Shown piece after piece: positions 1 through 9,746 of a DNA stretch of 27,323 bases (position 1 is the first letter of the stretch; the number at the start of each line of letters is the position of its first letter). The DNA is taken from NCBI GenBank assembly GCA_031367385.1, contig JANLPS010000186.1:1-27323 (forward strand), given 5' to 3'. The position numbers were made by a program, and so were the translations under genes. Source of the stretch: Archangium sp. (GTDB taxonomy: Bacteria; Myxococcota; Myxococcia; Myxococcales; Myxococcaceae). Under the pieces are notes generated by a model. The model searched no databases. It was not told where the DNA came from and saw only the letters and a list, made by a program, of their open reading frames with translations.

Positions 1-74
1 TCGAACCGCTCGAGGGGCCCAGGAGGCGAGGCTCTCTTCAGGCTTGCCTGTGCGCATCAGCCAAACGTGAAGGC

Positions 75-266
75 TCAGGTTTTCAGCAATTCGTTGATGC
101 GGTCTCGGAGCCCGTCTCTGTGCACGGTCATTTCTTTCAGAAGCTCTGAAAGGCGCACGTTCTGTGGCTCGAGAATCGACAGGGCGATGGCTTCGCGAAC
201 TGCTCCTTCACTCTTCTCCATCTCGGCGAGCAATTGCGACACGGCAAATTGTACTTGTTGCAGCAT
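75..266 (-). CDS. small hypothetical helical/coiled-coil protein (about 63 aa)
   Basis: ATG at 266 follows GGAGA-ACCC, a plausible SD. The product MLQQVQFAVSQLLAEMEKSE...LRDRINELLKT has amphipathic heptad character. No family recognised; the ORF track starts it at 326. Confidence 0.4.
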   Translation of the reverse strand: MLQQVQFAVSQLLAEMEKSEGAVREAIALSILEPQNVRLSELLKEMTVHRDGLRDRINELLKT

Positions 267-482
267 GGGTTCTCCCGGGGCAGCTGGCTCAATGCCCGGT
301 ACTTCCCGGGGCAACGTCCGCCACACTCGCGGGATCGACTGAGGCCACCCTACGCCTCAGGCTGGAAATGGATAGAGCGAATGAAGGATTTCTGCGGGCA
401 GGTCTTTGTGCGCAGGCGCACCACAGCCACAGTGGTCACAACAGTGGCACGGAGGGATCTCTCTCCAGCTCGACCATCAATG

Positions 483-1802
483 TCATGGGCCGAAGAGCGC
501 ATTGATGCTGGCCTGAATCCCATCGTCCGTCGCGTCGGACGTTTGCCCGGCAATGACGACTCCTTCAATAAACGCTCCGGCCGCGCCGCCCTCTGCAGCA
601 GGCGCGCACCCCGAGCCGTCTCCGCCGACTCCAATCGTGAGACCACCTTCGAGAGACATTGGCCCGTACCCGAAGCAAGACAACTGCTGGTTGTAGAATG
701 TGAGCATCCCGGGACAATTGGGCGACGTACCAACAGCTGGCTTCAGCGAGCCCGCGAGGCCGTCTGCCCGTTTGAGCGTAAATAAAGAGACTCCATCGGT
801 CTTCCCCAAGACAGTCCGCGGGTCCATCGTCGCAGGAGGGCCGCCGTAAATGCCGCCGTTCTCGAGATCCATGCCAACAAAGGAGCCCCCTAAGTTCAGA
901 GCGAACATATGGCCTACGTCAGTGTTCGCGATGGTGGCCTCCGCTTCACCAAAGTCATAGCAGCAGGCACCCTCGGCAGACTGGAGGGCAATCGCATATT
1001 CCGTCACCGGGACGCTGCCGACGGGCATTCCTCCGTTGCTGAGGGAGGGGTTGGCCCGTGAACCTGCCTGGAGAAACCCATCGCCCCAGAAGGGAACGGT
1101 CTTTCCTCCGATTTGGGTTGTCTTGTAAATGGGCGGCCGAGGTACCCACAGCCCCGAGCAATTCTCGGCAGGCATATCGGTTCGAACCGAATTGATCGCG
1201 TCAAGCCGATAACTTGTCTGATCGTACACTGTCGTGATGCGACAGGTGGTAGCAGCGCAAAACGAGCTCGCTGCGACCACATCGGCCCGCCCGTTGACGA
1301 CGCCGATATTCTGAGTGGCGTTGTCTGAGTCGCGCTGAAGCTTGAAGAGGTTGCCCCTGTAGGCGCCAAGCAGCTGCCGCACCATCGAGTACGCCACGAC
1401 ACAAGGCGTGCCGGCACTCGCTGCAATGTCGCATGGCAACTGACCTCCGCCGCTCCCGCCGTCGAAAAGGCCGCCGTCCACCGTGGGTCCACCAGCGCCG
1501 CTATCGAGAGCGCCGCTGTCCGGCGTGATTCGGCCAGGCCCGCCGTCGGCTGTGCCCGCGTCAATGACGGAGCCACTGTCGGCTGTGCCTCCGCCGGTTC
1601 CGCTATCGAGACCTCCCGATGTGGAGCCGCCGTCAGCCGTGCCTCCGCCGGCACCACCATCGAGGCCGTTTCCCCCGCCTGCCCCGCCTCCAGCCTGAGA
1701 GCCCCCTCCGTTTCCGCCCCCGGTCGCTCCGCCATCGTAGTCACTGACGACTCCTGAGCAGCTGAACGTCACGCACAACCCGCTCAAGATCATCATTCGC
1801 AT
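483..1802 (-). CDS. secreted/lipoprotein GH54 (alpha-L-arabinofuranosidase B-type) catalytic-domain protein with Gly-rich linker
   Basis: GH54 motifs PCDIAASAGTPCVVAYS, FCAATTCRITTVYDQ, vicinal CC in CCYDFGEAE, MDLENG (nucleophile Glu), GVGGDGS (acid/base Asp) and FIEGV..G.TSDAT. The hydrophobic N-terminus ends in TFSC and GGAGA lies upstream of the ATG. Confidence 0.85.
   Translation of the reverse strand: MRMMILSGLCVTFSCSGVVSDYDGGATGGGNGGGSQAGGGAGGGNGLDGGAGGGTADGGSTSGGLDSGTGGGTADSGSVIDAGTADGGPGRITPDSGALDSGAGGPTVDGGLFDGGSGGGQLPCDIAASAGTPCVVAYSMVRQLLGAYRGNLFKLQRDSDNATQNIGVVNGRADVVAASSFCAATTCRITTVYDQTSYRLDAINSVRTDMPAENCSGLWVPRPPIYKTTQIGGKTVPFWGDGFLQAGSRANPSLSNGGMPVGSVPVTEYAIALQSAEGACCYDFGEAEATIANTDVGHMFALNLGGSFVGMDLENGGIYGGPPATMDPRTVLGKTDGVSLFTLKRADGLAGSLKPAVGTSPNCPGMLTFYNQQLSCFGYGPMSLEGGLTIGVGGDGSGCAPAAEGGAAGAFIEGVVIAGQTSDATDDGIQASINALFGP
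1569..1676 (-). repeat. imperfect 54-bp tandem repeat in the Gly-rich linker
   Basis: ggagccactgtcggctgtgcctccgccgg at 1569 and ggagccgccgtcagccgtgcctccgccgg at 1623 encode GLDSGTGGGTADSGS and GLDGGAGGGTADGGS. Confidence 0.7.
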
Positions 1803-1840
1803 CGTGGTTCTCCGCGCAGTCGAAGCAGTGAGGCCCTTTG

Positions 1841-1856
1841 TGCAAGCTGCGAACCA
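1841..1856 (-). promoter_or_regulatory. sigma54-like -24/-12 promoter for the GH54 gene
   Basis: Minus strand TGGTTCGCAGCTTGCA has GG-N10-GC spacing and a TTGCA -12 box, about 40 nt upstream of ATG 1802. Confidence 0.55.
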
Positions 1857-2066
1857 GCTGAACGACCCGCCGCGCGACCTTCGGAGTGATGTGCGGTGCT
1901 TGAAGGCTCCGCGAAGTCATTCAAGGCCGTTCACAGAGGTCGCCAGTGAGAACAGCAGTCTTCATGCAAACTCTGCTGCGAGACCTACGCAAACAATAGC
2001 CAGCTCTTCGCGAGCGAGCGTCGTTCGCACGCGGAGGAACCCCTTTGAAAATGGCATGAAGCTGAG

Positions 2067-3041
2067 TTGAGTGGCGGCGTGCGGTCTCGGGTATTCGCAA
2101 CGGTGGTGGCGATCGCGGCATGTCGAGCTGCCCCGGTTGATGCGGTGGTGCTCCCGATGCTTGTCGGCGACGCGGGCGTGGTCGTCGACGCCGGTCACGC
2201 CATGACGGCAGACGCTGGCACCGCGACCGGCGTTGGAGACGCAGGCTGGCCCCAGTGCCCCGCGAACGCTCCCGGCACTGGCGACATCGCCGGCGCCAGC
2301 ATCACCCGCGAAGGCTTCGGCTGCTTCGGTGGCTGTGGCCCGAGCTGCAAGGCCGAGTGCCTCGACGACACCTTGACGATTTCACTCGCCGCTGCGCTCG
2401 GGTGCACGCTGTGCACGTACAAAGTCACCACCTGCAAGAGTCACGAATTCTGCCGCTGGCATGACGACTGTTACAGGCAATGCGACCTGCGTTGGGCTGC
2501 GAGCCACGCAGAGGCCCCAAAGACTCCGCCGTCGAACCCGTGCTACCTCAACTGCGACAACCCGGTGGTGCACGCTTCGACGTTGTGCGGTGCTGATTGG
2601 TCGCAGCTGTTCTCGTCGTCGGGCTCCGTGCGCGACGCCTGCTGGGACGGATCGTTGGTCGTGCTGACGACGCTGACGAGCTCGCAGCATTCAAGCAGCA
2701 CCTGCGGTGCCGACGACGTTCGCGCGCGGCCGTGGGCCCCAGACACCGGGGCTTGGGGTGACGCTGCGCCGGTGCCAAAGACACTGCCGCACGGGTACTC
2801 GTGTACCGACGACACCGATTGCCCCGACCGAAACCAACGGTGCGACCCCAAGGCCGGCGATTACCCGGGCGTGAATGGGTGGGGGCGATGCATCGACGTG
2901 ACACCTTCTCGAGGGCTCGACGTCACGCCGTTGCCCGCTGCGGGCACCCGAGTCGTCGGCCAGAGCGCTGATGGAGGAGTGCCCTGTGATTTCGGCTACG
3001 ACTGCCGGAGCGGGCACTGCGAGCACTCACGGTGTCGGTAG
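2067..3041 (+). CDS. Cys-rich putative lipoprotein with phospholipase A2-like motifs
   Basis: Lipobox-like VVAIAAC, DAG-repeat linker and 25 Cys. CRWHDDCY at 2451-2474, CYLNCD at 2541-2558, and C-terminal 4-Cys modules. The start could be TTG 2067 or GTG 2079. Confidence 0.7.
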   Translation: MSGGVRSRVFATVVAIAACRAAPVDAVVLPMLVGDAGVVVDAGHAMTADAGTATGVGDAGWPQCPANAPGTGDIAGASITREGFGCFGGCGPSCKAECLDDTLTISLAAALGCTLCTYKVTTCKSHEFCRWHDDCYRQCDLRWAASHAEAPKTPPSNPCYLNCDNPVVHASTLCGADWSQLFSSSGSVRDACWDGSLVVLTTLTSSQHSSSTCGADDVRARPWAPDTGAWGDAAPVPKTLPHGYSCTDDTDCPDRNQRCDPKAGDYPGVNGWGRCIDVTPSRGLDVTPLPAAGTRVVGQSADGGVPCDFGYDCRSGHCEHSRCR

Positions 3042-3057
3042 CAGCGAATCGAGGCCT

Positions 3058-3756
3058 TTAGAGCTTTTGTGGCGCCCGAGGCAGCGAGCGACTTCGCGGG
3101 TGCCGAATGTCGGTACCACGAACCATGTAGATGACCATCTCGGCCACGTTCATGGCGTGGTCACCGATTCTTTCGAGATGCTTTGAAACAGAAAGCAGAG
3201 AGGTCGCGCGGCGAATGGTGTCGGAGTTCTCGATCATCATCGCCAACATCTGGTTGAAAATTTCGACGAAGAGCGCGTCAATCTGTTCGTCGTGGCCGAG
3301 CACTTCTTCTGCCGCGACCGCGTTGCCCGTCACGAAGGCATTGAGCGCCGTACGCACCGCGTCTTGAGCCAACGTGGCCAAACGCGGGAGCCCGTTCGCA
3401 ACCTGAAGAGGTGTCGAATGGTTGAGGTCGATCGCGCGCTCAGCGATGTTGACGGCCGCATCGCCCATTCGCTCGAGGTCGGTGACGATTTTGAGAGCCG
3501 TCGTGATGAAGCGGAGGTCGTTCGCGGCTGGGTGGCGAAGCGCGAGCGTTCGCCGACACAGCTCGTCGATTTCGACCTCGAGGCGGTTTACTTCGAGATC
3601 GTCATCTTTCACCTTCTCGGCGAGCGTCGAGTCGCGATGCGTGACCGCGTACATGCTCGCCGAGATCTGGCCCTCGATCCGAGCTCCCATGGTGAGGATC
3701 TTTGTTCGAATCTCATTGAGGTCGGCCTCGAAAGCCTTGTCGGTATGCGTGGCCAC
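3058..3756 (-). CDS. phoU: phosphate signalling protein PhoU
   Basis: HTDKAFEADL, PAANDLRFITTALKIVTDLERMGD and KHLERIGDHAMNVAEMV motifs. GTG 3756 follows a GGGAGA SD just after the pstB stop. Confidence 0.96.
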   Translation of the reverse strand: MATHTDKAFEADLNEIRTKILTMGARIEGQISASMYAVTHRDSTLAEKVKDDDLEVNRLEVEIDELCRRTLALRHPAANDLRFITTALKIVTDLERMGDAAVNIAERAIDLNHSTPLQVANGLPRLATLAQDAVRTALNAFVTGNAVAAEEVLGHDEQIDALFVEIFNQMLAMMIENSDTIRRATSLLSVSKHLERIGDHAMNVAEMVIYMVRGTDIRHPRSRSLPRAPQKL

Positions 3757-3772
3757 GGTTGTTCTCCCATTC

Positions 3773-4627
3773 TCAGCCGAATCGACCTGTAATGTACTCC
3801 TCGGTCTGAGCCACCGAAGGGTTTGTGAACAGCTCAGCCGTCTCTTTGTACTCAATCAGGCGACCGAGATAGAAAAAGGCGGTTCTGTCTGATGTGCGAG
3901 CCGCTTGCTGCATGTTGTGAGTCACGATCACGATCGTGAATGAGCTCTTGAGCTCGGCGATCAGCTCCTCGATTTTCGCAGTCGCAATGGGGTCGAGGGC
4001 CGAGCAGGGCTCATCCATCAGAATCACCTCTGGGTCGACGGCGATCGCCCGCGCGATGCTCAGGCGTTGCTGCTGGCCCCCAGAAAGGCCAAGAGCGCTC
4101 GAATCGAGACGGTCTTTCACTTCGTCCCAGAGGGCGGCACGCCGCAGACTGCGCTCGACGATTTCAGTCAGCGCTGTCTGCGAGCTCCCACCAGCGATTC
4201 GCAACCCATATGCAACGTTCTCGAAGATCGACTTGGGGAAAGGGTTCGATTTCTGAAACACCATGCCCACATGCTTGCGGAGCTCGATCACGTCGAGATC
4301 AGGGGCATTGATGTCTTGCTCGTCGATCAAGAGCTGGCCGGTGATTCGTACGCCGTCAATCAAGTCATTCATGCGGTTCATGCAGCGCAGGAGTGTGCTC
4401 TTGCCACACCCCGAAGGCCCGATGAACGCCGTGACCTGCTTCGCGGGGATTTCGAGCCCGATGTCATAGAGGGCTTGGGCCTTGCCGTAGAACAGTGAAA
4501 GCCCGTTCACTTTGATCTTCGGTACGAAGTCCAAGCGGTGGTGTCGCGCGGGAATTGAAAACAGTGGCCCGTGACCACTTTGGAGCGAGTGTGAATTGTC
4601 AGGAGTATGGGGCGTGAAGTCAGCCAT
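3773..4627 (-). CDS. pstB: phosphate ABC transporter ATP-binding protein
   Basis: Walker [51 protein letters not shown] and C-terminal YITGRFG. ATG 4627 is preferred over TTG 4651. Confidence 0.97.
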   Translation of the reverse strand: MADFTPHTPDNSHSLQSGHGPLFSIPARHHRLDFVPKIKVNGLSLFYGKAQALYDIGLEIPAKQVTAFIGPSGCGKSTLLRCMNRMNDLIDGVRITGQLLIDEQDINAPDLDVIELRKHVGMVFQKSNPFPKSIFENVAYGLRIAGGSSQTALTEIVERSLRRAALWDEVKDRLDSSALGLSGGQQQRLSIARAIAVDPEVILMDEPCSALDPIATAKIEELIAELKSSFTIVIVTHNMQQAARTSDRTAFFYLGRLIEYKETAELFTNPSVAQTEEYITGRFG

Positions 4628-4647
4628 GGCGCTCGCCTTTAGAGAAT

Positions 4648-6336
4648 TCAATTGAATGCTCCCATCTGGTATTTGCGTCTGATGTGATTGCGAAGGCGAA
4701 TCGCGGCCAGGTTCAGGCCTACCACGATGAGAATCAAGAGCACGGTGGTCGCGAAGACCATCGGCTTCGAAGCCTCGACGTTCGGTGACTGAAACCCCAC
4801 GTCGTAGATGTGAAAGCCGAGGTGCATGAACTTTCTATCGAGATGAAAGAAAGGAAACTGGCCGTCGATGGGCAGCTCGGGGGCGAGCTTGACCACGCCG
4901 GTAATCATGAGCGGTGCGACCTCACCCGCACCGCGCGCCATCGCCAAGATGACACCGGTGAGAATGCCGGGGAGCGCGCCCGGCAAGACGATGCGCGTGA
5001 TGGTCTGAAACTTGGACGCTCCGAGGGCGAGTGAACCTTCGCGCATGCCTCGGGGTACAGCGGCGATCGCTTCTTCGGCCGAAACAATGACGACCGGCAC
5101 GGTGAGCAGCGCCAGGGTCAACGAAGCCCACAAGATGCCGCCCGTACCGTACGTCGGAGTCGGAAGCGACTCGGCGTAGAACAGCCGGTCGACGTTGCCG
5201 CCGATGAAATAGACGAAAAACCCCAGACCGAAGACCCCGAACACGATTGAGGGCACGCCGGCCAAGTTATTGACCGCGATTCTCACGATGCGAACAACCA
5301 AGCCCTGCTTTGCGTACTCGCGCAGATAGAGCGCGGTGATGACTCCCAATGGTGTGCACGCGAAAGTCATGATCAGCGTCATCATCACGGTGCCAAAGAG
5401 CGCGGGGAAGATGCCGCCTTCTTGGTTCGACTCACGTGGCTCCTCTGTCAAGAATGACCACGCGTGACGAAAGTAGTGTTTGAGCTTCGCTCGAATGCCC
5501 ATTTGGTTTGGGCGCCAGACATCGACGATGCTCGAAAGCGCTATCTCTTTCGTTCGACCGTCGGCGGTCTCCATTACTGCCGCCCACACGTTTGCTTGCG
5601 ACTGCAGAATGCCGACCTGTGCAGTCAGAACCTCGTACCTTTGTTTGGCGTCGACAATCTGAAGCTCGAGCGCAGCAATGACGTCGGCTGAGCGGGCGCC
5701 CGCGTTTGCCTTCTCTCGTTTGATGTCGAGCTCGGCACTTCGAATGGCAGAGTTGATGCGACCGACGTCATCGTGTTGAAGGGTTGAGATCTGGCCTCGA
5801 AGGCTGGTGATCGCTGGGAGCTGATCTTCGAGAACGCGCCAGGCTTCGTCTCCCGTTGCGACGACCGTCTCGCCATTCTTGATTGATTTCAAAAAACCGA
5901 AGAAGTCGCCGTTCTCAAGTCGCTCCATGGCGATTGCATCATTCGGCTGTGAGGCCTGCGCGAGCGTCTCATCGCGGTGCCACACGAAGTCCGAACCGAA
6001 GAGGTCGCGGTTGGCCACTTTGAACTGCGTCTGGGGTACCTCGCGTACGTGGTTGCCAGGCGTCTCCTCGCGGAGGACTCCGTGCTCGGTCACGATGCCG
6101 AGAACCTTGCTCTGATCAGCTCGCTCAACGAGCACGAGCGACTTCGGCCAAAACGTACCCGCACCATTCGCAACGATAATGAGCAGGAGGCCGGCAATCA
6201 GAATGATCGCGCCGGCGAGCGCCGCACCGGAAAACCAAACCCACTGCTCGCCGCGGGCAAAGACGCTGTGAAGGCTCGGCGGGGCGGTGAAGCCCAGGGG
6301 TGAACCAACGCGACCGGCGGTTATCTTTCGAGCCAT
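4648..6336 (-). CDS. pstA: phosphate ABC transporter permease PstA, long form
   Basis: [43 protein letters not shown] and [11 protein letters not shown] large extracytoplasmic region with a coiled coil follows TM1. Confidence 0.95.
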   Translation of the reverse strand: MARKITAGRVGSPLGFTAPPSLHSVFARGEQWVWFSGAALAGAIILIAGLLLIIVANGAGTFWPKSLVLVERADQSKVLGIVTEHGVLREETPGNHVREVPQTQFKVANRDLFGSDFVWHRDETLAQASQPNDAIAMERLENGDFFGFLKSIKNGETVVATGDEAWRVLEDQLPAITSLRGQISTLQHDDVGRINSAIRSAELDIKREKANAGARSADVIAALELQIVDAKQRYEVLTAQVGILQSQANVWAAVMETADGRTKEIALSSIVDVWRPNQMGIRAKLKHYFRHAWSFLTEEPRESNQEGGIFPALFGTVMMTLIMTFACTPLGVITALYLREYAKQGLVVRIVRIAVNNLAGVPSIVFGVFGLGFFVYFIGGNVDRLFYAESLPTPTYGTGGILWASLTLALLTVPVVIVSAEEAIAAVPRGMREGSLALGASKFQTITRIVLPGALPGILTGVILAMARGAGEVAPLMITGVVKLAPELPIDGQFPFFHLDRKFMHLGFHIYDVGFQSPNVEASKPMVFATTVLLILIVVGLNLAAIRLRNHIRRKYQMGAFN

Positions 6337-8658
6337 TTAGACCGCCTGAAATTTGCTGCGGAGGCGCTGGCGAACGACGTCAGCGATGGTGTTGACGACA
6401 AACGTGAGAACGAAGAGCAAGAACGCCGCCAAGAACAGAATGCGATAGTGGGTTTCGCCCAGCGGGGCTTCAGGCATTTCGACTGCGATGTTCGCCGAAA
6501 GTGTGCGCATGCCGTTGAAGGGGCTGAAGCTCAGAATCGGGGTATTGCCTGTAGCCATGAGCACGATCATGGTCTCGCCTACCGCTCGCCCGAACCCAAT
6601 CATGATGGCAGAGAAGACCCCGGGGCTCGCCGTGGGCACGATGACTCTGAACGCCGTCTGCCAGCGGCTCGCACCGAGCGCGAGAGACGCCGAGCTGAAG
6701 CTCTTCGGTACATTGCTGAACGCATCGTCGGAGAGCGTGAAGATCATCGGAATGACGGCCAGGCTCATCGCGATGCCAACGACGATGCTGTTTCGCTGTT
6801 CAACCCGCACCGAAAACGCGTCGTACACCCACTGCTTGAAGTCGCCTGCAAAGACGAGCCGCTCGACGAAGGGGCCTGCGATGACCGCGGCCCAACCACA
6901 CAACGCGACGACGGGCACCAGCACGAACACTTCACGACCCGCGGGAAAGACCTTTTTCAAGACACGGGGCGCGTAGTGCCAGAGACCCGCCACTGTCAGA
7001 ATCACAACGGGCACAACCACCCCGAAGAAAAGAAGACTGGGCAGCTTGTCGTCGAGCGCGGGCGCAAGCCACAACCCGGCGAGAAACCCGATGACGACGC
7101 TCGGCAGCGCAGCCATCACTTCAACCAGTGGCTTGATGGTCGCGCGAAGTGTGCTCGAGAGAAACTGGGAGGTGTACAGCGCGGCCAGGAGCGCGATGGG
7201 GATCGCGAAGAGCAGCCCGAAGAACGCCCCCTTCAAGGTGCCGACGATGAGAGGGACGAGGCTGAACTTTGGCTCGAACGCGTCGCTCCCGCTCGATGAC
7301 TGCCAGATGTACTCAGGCTGGTCGTAACCCTCGTACCAAACCTTTCCAAACAACATGCCCATCGAGATGTCGGGGTGGGGGTTCGAGACGGCGCGGTAGT
7401 CCAGGTTTCCCTCCTGCGTGATGACCATTGCACTCGTGAGCTTCGCTCCGTACGCGAGCTCGAGGGGGTGACCGGCAACGAGGTAGCTTGCCAACGTTTT
7501 GCCCGACGTCACGTAGGCCAGGTGAACGGAGCCATCTGCAGCAGCGGCCAAGAACGTCTTGTCGCGGCCCGAAGAGCGGAGCGCGACCACGGCCTCAGGC
7601 ATCGAGTCGAACAGCCGAACCGGGCGCACCCGTCTCAAGATATCGTTCTTGCCCTGACGCACGCCGAGCCAGTCTTCAATGGAGCCGTCGTCATAGCCAA
7701 CGATGAGCGACTGATCGCCGAGGAGCACATTCAAGGCTGTGATTTGCCGTGACGAGTCGCGCTCCGATGGCTCACGAAGGCCGAGCGACGCAGCGAGCAA
7801 GCCCGGGTTTTCATATTCGGCAAACGGCTTCGCGGTCGTGTCGCCCAGTTGCCAGTGGTGCAGCACCCCGTCTTTGGTGGCGACGAAGAGTCGGTCGGCT
7901 TGCGAGTCGATTGCCAGCGCTACGACCTCACTGCTCGGCGCAGCAAGGCTCCGAACCTGAAATGGGCCATCAAGGGCGTCTTCTTCTGGCGCCGAGAGCT
8001 GGCCTTTTTCGTCTTCGGCCAGGTCGAGACCCTGCTGGGTGATGTTGACGGCGAACAGACGCCGATCGCTGGTCTGGGCAACGAACGCGAGACCCGAATC
8101 ATTCGTTCGCCCGACCACGCGAGCGATGGGCCCGGTTGAGCTCGGCAGGGTGACGAGCGCCAGCTCCTTGAGCAGGGGCGTGATGGTTCGACGCGCGTCG
8201 TCGGCGAAGGTCGCGTTGAATTGCAACTCAACGATCGCAATGCGGCCGTCGTCGGTGCCGAGAAACATGATGCCGCGGCTCGCGAGCGAGGCTGCGGAGA
8301 CTCTCCGGCCACCCAGAAGCTGGCTGCGAAGCACGCTGCTCTCAGACCAGTTGGCCAGCGAATGCAACTCAATGGCCCCATTTCTTTTGACGATGAACTC
8401 CGTTGATTCGAACTCGTCGGAGCCCGCCAGGAGCAGCGCCGCTTCGTCGGTTTCGATGCGATGCACCTGCCCCTCGCCAATCGTCGACTTGGCCGAAAGG
8501 GGCACGATCTCGCGCACGATGAACACGAAAATCAGCGCAATCGCGAAGATGACGGAGACCCCTCCGAGTCGAATGGCGGCATCGGCCAAGCGGTCAATCA
8601 GCTTGAGTCGCCGCGAAGCGGGTGACGACGCATGAAAGGGTTTGGCAAGTCGCGACAT
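6337..8658 (-). CDS. pstC: phosphate ABC transporter permease PstC, long form with beta-propeller-like domain
   Basis: KPLVEVMAALPSVVIGF, SLALGASRWQT and GRAVGETMIVLMATGN. About 400 aa after TM1 carry WD40-like repeats. The stop abuts the pstA ATG. Confidence 0.93.
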   Translation of the reverse strand: MSRLAKPFHASSPASRRLKLIDRLADAAIRLGGVSVIFAIALIFVFIVREIVPLSAKSTIGEGQVHRIETDEAALLLAGSDEFESTEFIVKRNGAIELHSLANWSESSVLRSQLLGGRRVSAASLASRGIMFLGTDDGRIAIVELQFNATFADDARRTITPLLKELALVTLPSSTGPIARVVGRTNDSGLAFVAQTSDRRLFAVNITQQGLDLAEDEKGQLSAPEEDALDGPFQVRSLAAPSSEVVALAIDSQADRLFVATKDGVLHHWQLGDTTAKPFAEYENPGLLAASLGLREPSERDSSRQITALNVLLGDQSLIVGYDDGSIEDWLGVRQGKNDILRRVRPVRLFDSMPEAVVALRSSGRDKTFLAAAADGSVHLAYVTSGKTLASYLVAGHPLELAYGAKLTSAMVITQEGNLDYRAVSNPHPDISMGMLFGKVWYEGYDQPEYIWQSSSGSDAFEPKFSLVPLIVGTLKGAFFGLLFAIPIALLAALYTSQFLSSTLRATIKPLVEVMAALPSVVIGFLAGLWLAPALDDKLPSLLFFGVVVPVVILTVAGLWHYAPRVLKKVFPAGREVFVLVPVVALCGWAAVIAGPFVERLVFAGDFKQWVYDAFSVRVEQRNSIVVGIAMSLAVIPMIFTLSDDAFSNVPKSFSSASLALGASRWQTAFRVIVPTASPGVFSAIMIGFGRAVGETMIVLMATGNTPILSFSPFNGMRTLSANIAVEMPEAPLGETHYRILFLAAFLLFVLTFVVNTIADVVRQRLRSKFQAV

Positions 8659-8675
8659 CGGGCTCTCGCGACCGG

Positions 8676-9632
8676 TTACTTACAACCCGAGTCCGCCATC
8701 GCTTTTGCCGCGGCGCGGGCCGAGAGCGGAAAGTAGCCGTCTTTGACGGTGTCTGCCTGACCTGCCTTGGAGAGGATGTACTTGATGAATTCGCAGGTGA
8801 GGTGATCACCACCAGCAGGAGGCACGTTGATGTAGACGTACAGGTACCGGGCGATGGGGTACTTGAAGCCTTCGACGTTCTCGTAGTTCGGCGCGATTGG
8901 GGTGCCCTTGTCGGCGATGCTCAAGGCGCGAACTCCCGAGGTTGCGTACCCGATGCCGCTGTACCCGATGCCTCCGAGCTCTTTCTCGATGCCTTGAACG
9001 ACCGAGGCCGAACCGGGCTGCTCTTTGACCGAGCTGGAGTAGTCGCCGCCGCTCAGCACGTGCTCCTTGAAGTACCCGTAGGTGCCCGAGGCGCTGTTTC
9101 GCCCATACAGGCTCAAGGGTCGGTTCGCCCACTCACCGGTCAGGCCCAACTGCCCCCAGGTCGTGATGGCTTCACCCCCGCGCTTTCTCGTCGCCGAGAA
9201 GATGGCGTCGGCTTGCTGCAGGGTCAGCGATTTGAGCGGGTTGTCTTTGTTGACGAACACCGCCATGCCGTCGAGGGCAACGGCGACCGCGTGCGGCTTG
9301 TACCCGAACTTCTTTTCGAAACCGTCGATCTCGGTCGCTTTCATTTCACGGCTCATTGGGCCCATCTGGGCGGTGCCCGAAATCAACGCCGGAGGCGCGG
9401 TGCCGCTGCCCTTGCCCTCAATCTGAATCTTCACGTTGGGGTACACCTTGCGAAAAGACTCGGCCCAGAACGTCATCAAGTTGTTCAAGGTGTCAGAGCC
9501 GACCGAATTCAAGTTTCCTGAGATGCCCGCCTGGGTCTTGTAGTCGGGCAATTTAGGGTCGACGGTGATCGCGTTCTGAGCCGCAGCCGAGGTCGCGATA
9601 ACGAGAATGGTTGAGAACAATGTCTTTTTCAT
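8676..9632 (-). CDS. pstS: phosphate-binding periplasmic protein PstS
   Basis: Signal peptide (..SAAA/QN), GSDTL, EGKGSGTA, MSR, YGRNSASGTYGYFKEH and YPIARYLYVY. GGGAG SD upstream. Confidence 0.97.
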   Translation of the reverse strand: MKKTLFSTILVIATSAAAQNAITVDPKLPDYKTQAGISGNLNSVGSDTLNNLMTFWAESFRKVYPNVKIQIEGKGSGTAPPALISGTAQMGPMSREMKATEIDGFEKKFGYKPHAVAVALDGMAVFVNKDNPLKSLTLQQADAIFSATRKRGGEAITTWGQLGLTGEWANRPLSLYGRNSASGTYGYFKEHVLSGGDYSSSVKEQPGSASVVQGIEKELGGIGYSGIGYATSGVRALSIADKGTPIAPNYENVEGFKYPIARYLYVYINVPPAGGDHLTCEFIKYILSKAGQADTVKDGYFPLSARAAAKAMADSGCK

Positions 9633-9730
9633 AGGAACTCCCGAGGTGACGTGAGTGCGCCCTGACGAGTTGCAGATCAGAGTGCTAGAGGATCAGTCGG
9701 GCGATGTAGCGCCGCGATGTGCGACGCCCA

Positions 9731-9746
9731 TGGCATGAAGGTGCCA
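9731..9746. promoter_or_regulatory. inverted repeat TGGCA-N6-TGCCA upstream of pstS
   Basis: tggcatgaaggtgcca lies about 100 nt upstream of the pstS start. Its function is unknown. Confidence 0.3.

Noticed and set aside
2051..2064. ATGGCATGAAG shared between the region upstream of the Cys-rich gene and 9730-9740
   Set aside because: A single 11-bp match is expected by chance in 27 kb, and the palindromic half is absent at 2051.
9640..9670. GTCA/CTCA 11-bp spacing near pstS as a Pho box
   Set aside because: The match is too degenerate and too close to the SD to support.
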